Notes under the pieces: generated by a model | Database searches by the model: none | Told to the model about the DNA's origin: nothing | What the model saw: only the letters and a program-made list of their open reading frames with translations | Origin: Azolla caroliniana | Taxonomy: Eukaryota; Plantae; Polypodiophyta | Direction of reading: 5' to 3' | Length of the DNA: 64,000 bases | Assembly (NCBI GenBank): GCA_043228905.1 | Contig: JBHGNT010000014.1 | Location: forward strand, 9,982,001 to 10,046,000 | Position numbers and translations under genes: made by a program | Shown: piece after piece, positions 36,001 to 49,324 of the stretch | Layout of the letters: each line of letters begins with the position of its first letter | How positions within the stretch are numbered: the stretch's first letter is position 1

Positions 36001-39000
36001 ACCTTCCGGGCCCGAGCCACTATCAGGCTCCCCTTGCTGAACTTCATGACACCGTTCCGGATGCTACCCGTGTAGCCTTCATCGTCTAGCCTGCCGGCCG
36101 AAATCAGGTTCAATCGAACCTCCGGAACGTGTCGAACATCCTTCAACAGCATTTTGCATCCGGTTGATGTCATCAGCCACACATCTCCTATGCCGGCAAT
36201 CCGGCATGTACCTTCATTTCCCATCCGGACACAGCCGTGCTCACCGGCTGTGTAGGATGAGAAGTATTTCTTCTCCGGGGTCAGGTGGAACGACGCTCCG
36301 GAATCGACCACCCAGGTCATCTCCTCACCGGCAAGGTTCAGCTCCCTCTCTTCGGTAATGAGCATTATCTCTTCTTCACTTGCCGCGAGTGCCGTCGTTC
36401 CTTTCCGGTCCTGCCCTCGCCGATCCGAACCTCTCCGGTCCGTGGCTCCCCGATATGCACCGTTTCTCTCCGGTGACTTCTTCGAATCGGTGTCGTCGGC
36501 TCCGTTGTCTTTTCGGTAATGCCGACAATTCTTTCGGAAGTGCCCCGGCTTCCCACAGTGGAAGCATGTGGGCCTTCCTCTTGACTGCGACCGGGTCCCC
36601 GACTTCTCCCGTCTTTGCGGACTCCGGTTCCATTGTCTTCCCCGTTCCGATTCGGTAAGCAGCGCCTTCGAGTCGAAGGCCGGTTCTTTATCTCTCCGAC
36701 GCGCTTCTTCGTTCAAAATACTTGTCTTTACCGTTTGTAGGGACAAGTTATCTTCGGTGCAGGAGGTGCTGAGAGTCACCACCAAGTTCTCCCAGCTTTC
36801 CGGCAATGTACACATCAGGATGATGGCTTGCATTGCATCCTCCAACGGGAACTTGATCGCCGCAAGCTGATTCACGAATCCCATGAACGTGCTTACGTGT
36901 TCCACCATACTCTCGTCGTCCCGGTACTTGAGATTCACTATCTTCCTCATCAGGGAGGTCTGGTTCAACGCATTCTTCCTCTCATAGAGGCCCGACAGCT
37001 TCCGCCACATCTCATATGCGTTGGTGTCGTTCGCCACATGTTGTAGAACGCTCACGTCTACGTATTGCCGAATGGTTGCTACGGCTTTCCGGTTCAGAAG
37101 CCTCCATTCCGACTCAAGTACCCCCTTCGGTATTTCCGACCTGTCGATCGGTTCGTACAGGTCCCGAACAATCAGAAGATCCTCCATCTTGATCTTCCAG
37201 TCGGCGTAATTCTGCGCATTCAGCACCATCATCCCCGGCTGCCCGCTGCCGCCGCCTTCCATTTTCTGCAGCAGTCGCTCTGATACCAGTTTGTTGGGAA
37301 TCGGCGCTTCGATTCACCTTCACCGCTCGGCCACAACCGAGTAATCGCGAATCAATGCAGCAGAAAATAGGAACCACAGAGAGAAACACACGAATACACA
37401 GTGATTAACGTGGAAAACCCTAGATGGGAAAAACCACGGGAGTACAAGACTCCTAACCAACACTATACAAAGAGAAGTATACAATGGCGAGCTGCAAGGC
37501 GACGACCTTGAGCTCGCTGTCCTCGCCACAGGCGGCGGAAATACACAGAGGCGTCTACCTCTCCCTCTCTCCACACTCTATCTCTCTCTCTCTCTCACGG
37601 CTGCTCTCTCTTCACTCCTCTTGAGTGGAAAAACAAAAAAATGAGTAGCAACTACAAACTGTTTGCCCTAAGTCATATTTATACACATATGACTTTCGGG
37701 CTATTTACAAATATAGCTTCAAGGGCCCTTGGCAAACATATTCACAGATATGTCCCCGCATCCGGATCTCTCTCCGGGTACATACGGCATCCGGCTCCGT
37801 AACCGGGGTCTTCAGCATCCGGCTCCGTAACCGGGTACTCTTCATCCGGCGGTTCCGTAACAGCCTCCGGGCTTGCCGTCATTCATCTCCGGACATCCCA
37901 TCCGGAGGGACCGAAATCCCAACAAGATCAAGGAGCTTTGTGACTCGCTCAGCTCAATAAGCTTCAATGTGGATGATGATGAGATGGTGCAAATATACCT
38001 CGGCGGCCTTGCACCATAGTTCGGTGTGATGAGAACCACTGTCCTAACAAGGGAGAACCTCCCTCTTTCATCGATCTTCAATCCATGTTGTTGGTTGAAG
38101 AAAACCATGTTCAAACAAGGGGCAACACCTCAGAAGGCCACATGCTCTACACACATTCGAATGGAGGAAGAGGACGCGGCCGAGCAAGAGGCTGATTCGG
38201 CCAAGGACAAGGTCTGACTTACAACAACAACTCCCAATTTTGGCAACAAGACGGAAGCCATCGAGGAACCTTTGCAAGAAGGGGGAGCTTCCATTCCGGT
38301 CCAAGCCAACAAACCTCAATCAAATGCAGATATTGCGGAAAAATCGGCCACCATGAAGAAAAGTGCCAAAAGAAGAAGCGTGAGTCGGCTTCCACAAGCC
38401 AACAACTCACAAATTACACCACAAACTCCGACTATGAAGACCATGGCGGAATGTTCGTGATGAGGCATAAAGAAAATTCTATGTTGGCCTCTACTTCGAC
38501 TAATGCCTCCAATCCGGAAGATGTATGGTTCGTTGACTCCGGTGCCTTGAACCATATGACGTCCCATCAAGAATGGTTCCGAGACTTACAAGAGCCGGAC
38601 CAACCCGGTCATGTTGAGACCGGAGACGACACCACTCATCCGATTTGGCATGTTGGGATTGTCCCATTCGGGAAAGACGGCGAACAAACCTGCATCAAAA
38701 ATTGCTTACATGTACCCACCATAACGAAGAATTTGGTCTCGATCGGCCAAATTATGGAGCAAGGGATGCATGTTCGATTCAACCAAGGTGGTTGCTTCAA
38801 ACCCAACACAGACATAGAGCTATGGCATAAAAGAATTGGCCATATGAATCTCAACAAACTCAAGGCGATGCAATCGAAAGGATTCTTCATTGGGTTCCCG
38901 ACCTTCAAAGAGAAAGAGATTGAAGGAGTATGTGAAGCATGCCAATTCGGCAAGAAACATCGGCACCCATTCCTGAAGGAGAGGAACGTGAGCAAAGGCC

Positions 39001-41324
39001 TATTGGACGTAGTCCACTCGGATGTGTAGGGACCGGCACAGACGGCCACAATCGGAGGATGTCAGTACTATGTTACCTTCATCGAAGACCTCTCTAGATA
39101 CACATGGATCTTTCCCATGAGGATGAACAGCGAAGTGTTTACACACTTCCAAATTTTCAAAAGCGAAGTTGAGAAGACAACTGGCCACCATGTATGATGT
39201 CTTCAATCGAACAGAGGAAACGAGTACTTCTCCGATGCGTTCACGGCATACCTTCGACAAGAAGGAATTAGGCGAGAATTCACTTGTCGATAGAACACCG
39301 CAACAGAAGGGTGTAGCCAAACGCAAGAATCGGCACATCCTCGAAGTAGCAAGGGCCATGCTAAATGAGAAGCATAGTAGAAGCTACAAATAATGATGTC
39401 TACCTCATGAGCAGGTGCACAACATCTGGAGTGCATGAGGTCACCCAACACGAGAAATACTATGGGAAGAAGCCGAATCTATCCCATGTAAGGATATTTG
39501 GCTCCATTGCATACGTGCACATTCCTGATTAGAAGCGGTAGAAGCTTGACCCAAAATCAGAGAAGTGCATCCTCATGGGGTACTCACTAGAGAAAAAGGG
39601 GTACATGTGCTTCAACCCCTCAACTCGGAAGGTTCGTATAAGTCGGGATGTCGTCTTTGGTGAATCAACATCATGGTACAAACCCGAGCCAACTCCTCCT
39701 AAACCATCTACGAACAACCTCGACAACACAAAAGACGATGATAACCTAAGCTCAATACTCAAAGAGAGTCCAATCTCAACTAGATTGAGCGGACCACAAG
39801 AGCCTCCAAGCAATCAAAGCATATCTTGATCAAGTCCAAAGATGGACAAAGGGAAGGCCAAAGCCGGAATATGAAGGCGATCACTTTGACGGCAACGAAT
39901 CGACTCACTCACTCAATAGTGAGTTCGATGGCTTTGATGTGCCTTTCGTGAGGTCACCCGGAGTTAAGAAAGCACTCACATCGGCAAATGAGAAACTCCG
40001 TCGCTCCACTTGAGAGAAGAATCCGGTTAGCCGATTCGGCTACAACGACTATTTGGCATATCACTATACCTTTATGATGAAGGTGGCAGCAATTCGAGAA
40101 CCGGAGAGCTTTGCTGAAGCTATTAAAGATCCGCGATGGGTCGAAGCGATGAACGTGGAGATGCCAGCTCCCAGCAAGAACGAGACATGGGATCTCATCC
40201 CTCACTCACCGCACAAGAAGGCAATCGGCTGTAGATGGATATACAAAGTGAAGTATAATGCCGACGGTTCCATCAATCGCTACAAAGCTTGACTCGTAGC
40301 AAAGGGCTATGCACAAACATAAGGAGTCGACTATGAAGAGATCTTTGCCCCGATGCTAAAGATGATAACCGTGCGGACCGTAATTGTGCTTGTTGTAGCG
40401 AAAGGGTGGCACCTCCACCAAATGGATGTCAAGAACGCCTTTCTTCAAGGCGAATTAGAAGAGGTGTACATGGTACAACCACCCGGCTTCGAATCCAACA
40501 TTCATCTGAAAGCCGTCTTCCGACTCAAGAAGCCTCTCTACGGCCTTAAGTAAGCACCACATGCTTGCCACTTGAAGATAACACAACATCTTCATCGAAT
40601 TGCTTCTGAATGTCAAAATCTGACAATTCTCTCAATGTAAGAAGTGATTCTTATTGTCATCATCATATACGTGGATGATCTGGTCATTGGAGGTGAGCAT
40701 CTAGTCGACATCAACAAGGTCAAGTCTCTCCTCTCCAGCAAATTCAAGATGACGAACATGAAAGAGCTCCATTACTTCCTTGGCATTGAGGTAATCTGGA
40801 CTCCAACCAGAATAATGATCTCTCAACGGCACTACATCCTCAACTTGTTATACAAGTTTGGGATGACTGAGTGGAAATCTGTGGCAACCCCTCTCGATTG
40901 AAACCTCAAACTGGATGCCGACTCCGGTACCACCGAGTGTGAGCCGAATCAGTATCGACAACTGATCGGGAGCCTTATCTACCTCACGATCACTCGACCT
41001 GACCTGAGCTATCCCGTTGGCATCCTTAATGAATTCATGCAAACTCCACGAGATATCCATTCAGATTGTGCTAAGCGAGTGTTACGATACATGAGTGGAA
41101 CGATGAACTATGGCATTCTCTATAAGTCGGCCATGCCAATTCAACTCGAAGGGTACATAGATGCCGACTGGGCCGGCTACAAAGCCGATCGACGATCAAC
41201 CTCTAGTTTCATTTTCTTCCTTCGAAGTGGATCCATCTCGTGGAGTAGCAAGAAGCAACCAACCGTCGCTCTTTCGAGCATAGGCCGAATACAAGGGCAC
41301 GGCGGTGGCTGCATGTGAAGTCAT

Positions 41325-42058
41325 TGTCGCGAAGTTTCGCGCATGCGTGTAGGATCTTAGACGGGACTGCGGGGGTCTTGGACTAGGGAGTAGAGGGGGA
41401 ATGGGAGCTTAACCTTTATGACCTTTGAGCTCAAGAGGAAAGGAGAAAGAATAAGAGGTTAGCATAGTAGAGAAAATAGAGACAAGATACATCATCAAAC
41501 TATATTAAGAATCCACTATATGATTACAACCATGGTCGTGTAGGCGGAATCAAATCCCTAGAAGAAACCCTAACCGGATAGGTAAAGAAGAAGAAGAAGA
41601 ATGAAACCCTGTGTGAAACCCTAAACCAAAACCCTCAAAATGGCGACTCCCCAAAGAAAACCCAAAAGTGGAAGCCCCTCAAAAGTGACCCCTCACTCCC
41701 TTTTATAGTAGTAAGGGGTGAGGCACATTACATAAAGAGGAGTCAAATCCCCTTTCCTTTAATGGGGAATATCTCCCATGATCTTAAATCGGTGGGCCTT
41801 TAACTCTCTCCCCTCATGTTTTCAATGCCACTGCCCATCATATTTGTACCCCCACGCACTCCCCTTTCCTACGTGCCCATGTGCACACAAGTCCACATCA
41901 TCATATTTACACTCAACAAATTTTCGTAGAACACCTTACACTTTACATTTGCTTATTTACTCCTAGGTTACAAATTTAATAAATATATGTGCTACGTTGC
42001 ATCTCGTTTTATTCGTTTTGCTTAGGTTTTCCCACCATGGCCGAAAATCCTCACGACA
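41325..42058 (-). mobile_element. Solo LTR (734 bp) in RNase H of A'
   Basis: TGTCGCGA...TCACGACA termini; apparent 4-bp TSD (TCAT/CCGT, left copy mutated); TATAAAA on the minus strand at ~41707. Confidence 0.75.
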
Positions 42059-45000
42059 CCGTATGACTCAAGAGGATATTGATGGATCTGGGCGTTCCCA
42101 TCAAAGATCTGATTCCCCTTTACTGCGACAACATGAGCAGTATTCATTTGGCTCGGAACCCGGTGTTCCACGCACATACGAAGCATATCGAAGTGCAGTA
42201 TCACTTCATTTGAGAGCACGTTCAGGTTGGAGATGTCGATCTTCAACACATCAACACGAATCTTCAAACAACTGACATCTTCACCAAAGCCCTAAGAGCC
42301 GACAAGCTTCGGCAATTTATGTCAAACCTTGGATTGATGATCCATGACTTACCAAGCTTGAGGGGGAGTACGTTCGAATCGGGTATCAGCCGAAGCGGAC
42401 ACCAAACAGAGAGAACCAAATATTGTTCGAATCGGGTACCAACCAAAGCAGACAAGCCGACCAAAGTTGAGCTTGAGGGGGCGTGTTGAGAATCAAACTC
42501 AACCTAGCCTAGTGTGTGAACACACCCTTGAGAGTGTATGAACACTCAAAGGTCAGAAGTCACACCACTACTCTTTACACATTAACTATGTGTCATAGAA
42601 TCATATTCTATGACACATAACTAATGAGTTTCCACATTCCCCATGACTCATGAGCTTTGATAGTTAATGAAGAGAGAGAGTGACTATATAAAGCACTCTC
42701 CTCCTACTTTGTAATATGTTGGTTAATCTCCTTTGTAATATACATCTTCTTGAGTATTTTCTATTCAGTCTATCTTGTGTTTGTCTCGTCTGCTCTCTCT
42801 CTCTCTCTCACACACATAACACACATCTTTAACCTATTCCGTTGCTCAAGAATCACCATCGATTCTTTACACCTTGCATAATGCAATAAGAGGAGATAAT
42901 GAAACTCTCAATGTTTCTAGAATTCATGCATATGTTTGAAAAGGAATTTACCTAAGGCATGATACACATATGTGGGCAATACTTACTTGCACATAAACAC
43001 AAGTATAGACATTAGATAATTATAACAAACAACTATTTTAAAAATATGCCTCGCCATGCAATATGATTTGTTTTCACTTTTGTGGTTCTTTAGGATGTCG
43101 TATGTAAAGTGACAATCATTCTAATGATGGAAGTTGTATAAGCAAGCTTCGTGACATGTGTCTTTTAAGAAGATTTATGCAATGAAGCAAAACATGAAGG
43201 CATTGCCTTTACATATTTATAAGAAACTTTAGATGTTCCCCAAATTATTGTTTATAGATTCATTGGGTTACGTGTTCAAACAAATGCTAAAGATTTCGTT
43301 AAAAAAATGATTACACTTTTATAGAATTAATAAGCATCGTGGAACGTGAGCTAATGATGAGCTTTACTACTTAATAGGTTATAGTAGATTTTTCATAGGC
43401 ATTCAACTTAGGAAAGGTGGGGTGAAGTTGTAAAGCTCGAATTAACATACTCCTTTGAATGTTATATGTTGCTTATGAGTGTTAAAGTAAAATAGATGGA
43501 ACTCGAATTTGAAAATTGTGCCATTTTCCATCTTTTTACCATAATGCTTAAAATTGTATTCAATTGAAATTCTTACAAGGACCATGATTTGACAAAGGTT
43601 TACATACATAACTTGTGGTTGAGTCACCCAATGCTATATGTAATTATTATTGACACATCAATATGGTATAAAACCCAATCTCCCAAAGGTCACATCATAT
43701 TAATTGCCATTGTTATGCACCAAAAATTAGGTGAAAGTGGGTATATAATGTAAGATAACGTAGCAATTCAATTGTACACGAAGGACATTTTCCCATTGCA
43801 TTACAGAATGGCAAAAATTTACTTTTGTCGTAACATAAAATATGGATATTGGTGTCACTCTTTTGAAGAGTACAAACTTACAATACTTAATGCTATCACA
43901 TCTTGCTTAATAGTAAGCAAGTGAGCTCTTTTGTCATTTAAGTGCCACGTTCTCAACACAAAACTTATGTCAATCATTTTGAAATCTGAGCATTGTTGAC
44001 TATGGTGATCGTCATTGTCAAACTATATGAATAGTAAATCCAATTAAACGAAAAGAAACAACCGGAGATAGACAATTTCAATGCAACATTGCTTGTGCAA
44101 ACTTGTGGTAGTACATCTACATAAGCTATGACGTTTACTTCCGTGCCATGTGATGTGAAGGTCAAATCATATTTACAACTAGAATACATGTAAGACTAGA
44201 AAGAGAAGAGATTTACATGCCACATTTATCTTGTCATGTGCAGAGACACATATATATAACCCTTTTAAAGGTGTATGCCACACATGGTATTTGAATAAAA
44301 AGCAAAGAAGAGGAGGAAACTTTGGGTTTCCATCCAACCAAATGTTTGCTAATGGTCCAAACTTTCAAACAATCGACAATACAAGTTTTTTGTGAGGTTG
44401 GATATATCTATAACCTGTCAATAATAGTGGAAAATACAACTTCCCACTCTATATGAACTTGAGGCAGTTGATGGAAAAATGAGACATAAGTTATGCGATC
44501 TCCTCAAATATCACAAAAGAGAAAGGGCTTCAATGTTCTCTAAGGTTTGTTTCACAAGTAGTTGAGAAATGACAGCAAGATAAGGATAATGAAATTCAAG
44601 CTACGAAAGTAGGGCCAAAACTTGTAAGGTGAGGAACTATGAAAGAAACATGTCAATCTCTTTGAAGGATAATATATTTTTCTAAATAAATGAGGTTACA
44701 ATGTAGGTACTTGTCATGAAATGATTGAGATTAATCAACCAAGCTTACTTTACAAAGATTAGCTGAAAACAAACATTGTTAGGAATGTTTTTAGCATGTG
44801 CGTATCCCATCTCTCTTATATAGAAATCAAACAATTAATTGAACTTAGAACAACAGAAACATGTGGGTAGAATTGGACGACTAACGTGGCATGCATCAAG
44901 TTATTGATCATGATACAATCAATATTCATCATCCTAAAGAGTTGGAATTAAGGGCGGGGGGCACGTTGCATATGATAAAGAGCTATATATGTGTATATTT

Positions 45001-45401
45001 ATTAGACTGACAGAGGACACATGTTTGGGAGGGGGGAGTGCAGCATGTGAACTTTGGAATATTGGTCTATAAATTAGACACATTTAAGGTTTCACTTTTC
45101 CAACCTTTGAAAACACACACACACATTTATATATATTATTATAAATCTATCATCATTCCTTTGTAACACTAAAAGTGTGCGAGAGTCACATTATTAAATC
45201 ACTCACAAGGGCTATGTCTCATTGATAAGGCCCATGATCCATCAATGTGTAGTGTATGATGCGGGATTTGAGATACTCCTTGCATCTTCCTCCTTGTCCT
45301 CCTCTACTCTTCCAATCTTATCACCCTAACCCCTCACACATGTTACAAACATTTCCTTGTTCTAAGTACTCACTATTATTAGCCATACCATAATCCATCA
45401 T

Positions 45402-45632
45402 ATGAACATGAAGCTCTTTGGGTTTGATGTGAACAACCACCACCACAACAACATCATGGAGGTACCGTTAGGCAGTAACCATGATGATGATCTAACCTCT
45501 TTGTACACAACTAGTATGAAGGCCAACACCACCACCACCACAATGACAAGGGCAATTACAAGTAAAGAGCTTGGCAATAACAATAATATCACATTTGGCA
45601 CAAGAGAGCAACAAGACATATATCTACATAAG
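45402..45632 (+). CDS. C2H2 zinc-finger repressor, exon 1
   Basis: Starts MNMKLFGFDV (KLFG repression-type motif); 77 codons ending at the AAG|GTAAAT donor, phase 0. Confidence 0.7.
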
Positions 45633-46673
45633 GTAAATACCTTCTTCCGCTCATGTATATACATATATATTTAATACTAATTATAAGGGGTACCCCCATC
45701 CTAGATGAGGATGTACATTCATCTAACACATAAGGACTTCTTACCACCGGAGGGAAAATCCTTTCTTTCTTTCCATAGATTGAATCTTGAATTGCATGCA
45801 ATATTTATCATATTGGCCACATAACTCTTTTGAAGGGCAGTTCCAAAACCAACACACTTAAGAGCCAACTTGTACTATCTAAACATAGACTTTTTCATCT
45901 ATATTTCGATCTTCTTTGCCATTTTATTAGTCTAGTAATCATAATTGACATCACATGGACAAAACCCGATTCAAAGGTTTGATTGCCTAATTGAATCGAA
46001 ACCCTCTCGCTGGCATATACTATAAATGCTAATTATGGATAGAGATCAACCACTTCTTCCTTAGTGGAAATCATGATTATGCTAATAATAAGGTTACTAG
46101 GCATACTGAATGAAGATCCTAATTTTCCCAATTAGAGCATTCCCACTCTATAATTTGGGATGTTCATACACACACACATACATACGGATATGTAAGCATT
46201 ATACGTGTATTTATTATGCATGCACCCGTAGAGGCATTCCTTTGATGGGTTGGACTTATGCATACCTGAAATAGATATACCGATGCAAATGCATTCACAC
46301 ACGGATCTATACATAAAGGAATATGTCTACATCCAATTGGTTTTGATTTGATTTGATCCATAGCTATGCTTAACTTATTGTTTGCCATTCCTCGTAGCCA
46401 AAATGCACATTCATGTATAATGTAGATATAAGTAACATACTTACATATAGATACAAAGCACACACTCAAGCTCATGCATACACATAAAGATGCATATCTT
46501 AAATGTGTGAATGCCATTGCAATTCTATCTATTTTGTGTCAAGCTTGCCCAATAATAAATCTAAGGTGATGTTTCACGAGTTTCCTTTACATAGTCACTT
46601 GATGTATGTTTTGGTCCTAACTATGTGCATAATCCCAAGATTGGTGCTGGTGTTTGCTTGACTGGCTCTTCAG

Positions 46674-47096
46674 AATGAAGTGAACATGCACAGTCTAGAT
46701 GGTCCCCAGGTGACACGACGGAAATACAAGTGTCAGTTTTGTTCAAGGAACTTCTCAAGCTCCCAAGCACTAGGGGGTCACCAGAATGCACACAAGCGTC
46801 AGAGGCAAGAAGTTGAGAAGACAGGGTTACAACAACCACCCCTTATAAAACCTTTACATTCTTTAATGTATCAACAACCATCAAGTTGTCCCCATGTCGA
46901 AAAAACTTCTACAACTCATCATCTCTCTTTATATTCTTCCTCTACAAACATTCTTATGAACTCTCTTCCGCATGCGACAACAATACCTACAATGTTCCCA
47001 TCCCCATCCCCCTCTTCCTCGTCTCATTACTTTAACCCTCTTAATTCTATCACTTGTGATAACCCTAATACGTTGGACCTCTGCCTTCACCTTTAA
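46674..47096 (+). CDS. C2H2 zinc-finger repressor (ZFP/GIS/SUPERMAN-like, single QALGGH finger), exon 2
   Basis: CTCTTCAG acceptor in frame; [25 protein letters not shown]; C-terminal EAR motif LDLCLHL. Confidence 0.92.
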   Translation, partial: NEVNMHSLDGPQVTRRKYKCQFCSRNFSSSQALGGHQNAHKRQRQEVEKTGLQQPPLIKPLHSLMYQQPSSCPHVEKTSTTHHLSLYSSSTNILMNSLPHATTIPTMFPSPSPSSSSHYFNPLNSITCDNPNTLDLCLHL

Positions 47097-47740
47097 AACT
47101 TGATTCATTCCAATTCCACATGTGTCATATATTAGTAGTTGTACCATTCATTTTTTACTCATATCATTGTACCACTTCCATATTCCACACTAGAAGCAAC
47201 ATGAAGCAAAATAAGTTTTTGGGTAAAGCCAAAGCAAGGCATCACAATGTTTGCTTATAGTTGAAATGGAAATGTTACATTAAATATGCATGTCCAAAAT
47301 TAAAATAACCAATGTATACGAAAACAAATCCTTGAAAGAAAGCTTACATGTGAGCCACCAATAAGTTGAGAGGAATCTATGATGTTCAAAGGAAGAATTT
47401 AAACATGGTCTCCATAGTAAGGAAAGAGGTATTTGAGTTTCGCAATGAAAAAGTAAGTCATCTTGTAAATAGAAATGCAAACCCTTCAAAATTATTATAG
47501 GGTTGAAGTGCAACTTAATTTTTTTTATTGCATATCAATGCTACAAGAAAATGAATGGAGATGCATTTGTAGACAATGTGTTTAGTTGAAGTAGTGATCA
47601 TAGCTCACATTAGGCTAGATTTGGACATATATTGGGCCTTGTAAGAAATGCCATGTCATCTATATTGGAGTTGGATCGTAGATTTTATGAGAAAGATAAA
47701 TTGAAATGCACAACACGGAAACAAAAAAACAGCAAGTCAA

Positions 47741-49324
47741 TGTTGGCATAAAAGGTCGACTCCTACTTTGTATCCAAGTGTGAACACGTCCAAAGAGTTA
47801 GGGCTTAATATATAAGCAATAACTTAACGTTGTAAAACGACCTCTTGATCACTCTTGTATCTAGAGTCTCTAAGAGAGAGAGAACAGAAATAACGAGAGC
47901 TTCCATTAAAGCTCAAGTGCGCGTCCATTTTCTGTTCATCTTCTTGCCCTCACTCTTTCTGTGTTGTTTGTTGACTCACATAGGTCAACAACTCCTAACA
48001 CATATTTCCGCACATATCTGAACATCATAACATGCAATTGGTATGAAAGTGACTTGTTGTTCAGCGGCAACAAAAACAACAGAGACAATTGAAAGAAAAG
48101 ACCAGGTCACTAAAATGTCACTTTCAAAAGAAGAACATGGCTTCAACATTCAAAACAGGAGTTGAAATCCGAAAGTTCAATGGCAAAATTTTTGACTTGT
48201 GGAAGGAGATAATACCGGATGTGCTGATCATTAGAAGAAAAATCGAAGCCATTCGACATAGCGAAAAACCCGCTACGATGTCAGCAGAAGAGTGGAGATC
48301 CATGGACGAAATTGCACGCTCCACCATCCGAATGCATCTGGCCGAAAACGTCTACTTCAGCATGACCAAGAAGACGACAACATTCTCATTATGGGAGAAT
48401 ATGCAGGCTGTGTACGAAAAGAAGTCCTCATCTTCGAAAAAATGATATTGATCAGACAACTATTCAACATGAAGATGAGAGAGTCGGACCCATCCACGCC
48501 CCACATCAACACCTTCAGTTGGGTGTTGTCTGAACTCTCCTCCCAAAGGATTAACTTCGAAGAAGAAGTGAAAGACCTTGCCCTCCTATCGAGCTTGTCG
48601 GCGAGTTGGGAGGTATTTTGCATGACATTTCCCAATAGCCGACCAAATCTAAATCTAGAGGAAACAGTCGGCCAAGTCCTCACTGAGGATATTCGGTAAA
48701 AATCGATGGGACTCACCATCGACGAGTCGGTAGAAGCCCGCCACTCGAATGAGTCAATTGACTGATTGAGTCAATCGAGAGAACAAGCCAACAGAACTGG
48801 TCGAAATCATAGTCGATCGAGAACAAGGGGGACACCTACAACGGTCGAAGTCGAGAACTAGTTGATCAGGCAGATTCTGCACCCATTGCAGAAAAGCTAG
48901 TCATAATGTTTCTGACTTTTGATCGATCAAGAGGAATGAGAGTGGTCGGCAATCCGAGCGGAATTGAGGATGATCCGATTCGAACCACTCTTCAATCGGC
49001 AACCAAGTCAATGTTGCTCACACCCGATCGGAAGAAATCCTCTCCCTAGAGGACTCGATGATCGGAGAAGTCCTCTACAGTGCACAAGATGCACATACAT
49101 GGTTACTGGACTCTAGTGCCCCATTCCATGTGAACCCTAACATCGAATGGTTTTCGAACTATTCAGCCAGTGCCAACGACATAGTTCGACCAAGCAATGG
49201 GCAGGAGTGCATAATCGTAGGAATTGGCGAAGTACTAATTCAACTATAAAATGGTGACACAATACTCCTACACGAAGTTCGGCATGTACTCGCACTGAAA
49301 AGGAGTCTGGTCTCCATCGGCATG
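47741..49324 (+). mobile_element. Old copia remnant (LTR, PBS, gag, protease)
   Basis: TGTTGG start; PBS-like TGGTAT at 48039; gag KFNGKIFDLWK; protease WLLDSSAPFH; many stops. Confidence 0.7.

Larger units (their letters stand above)
22748..37262 (-). pseudogene. gag-pol of element C, open from 37262 to 33625 and interrupted in RNase H by element G
   Basis: The 1269-aa ORF call runs into the G terminus at SADAD|V. The remainder lies at 23189-22748, with a +1 frameshift near 22975. Confidence 0.9.
22105..37924 (-). mobile_element. Young Tork/Tnt1-like Ty1/copia element C
   Basis: 633-bp LTRs at 22105-22737 and 37292-37924 (1 difference seen); TSD AGATC; PBS-Met; polyprotein runs 37262 to 22748. 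Confidence 0.96.
21566..42871 (+). mobile_element. Degenerate copia A' (same family as A2), host of elements C, G, D and a solo LTR
   Basis: gag 21721-22104 resumes at 37930; pol runs to ~42370; 3' LTR 42484-42871 resembles the A2 LTR. Confidence 0.88.

Noticed and set aside
12810-37574. Numerous antisense and alternative-frame ORFs repeated in B, C and D
   Set aside because: They are shadows of GC-rich gag-pol. Their recurrence only reflects near-identity of the copies.
42872-45400. Short ORFs and candidate TATA boxes upstream of the zinc-finger gene
   Set aside because: AT-rich intergenic sequence with no recognisable motifs; the TSS cannot be fixed from sequence alone.
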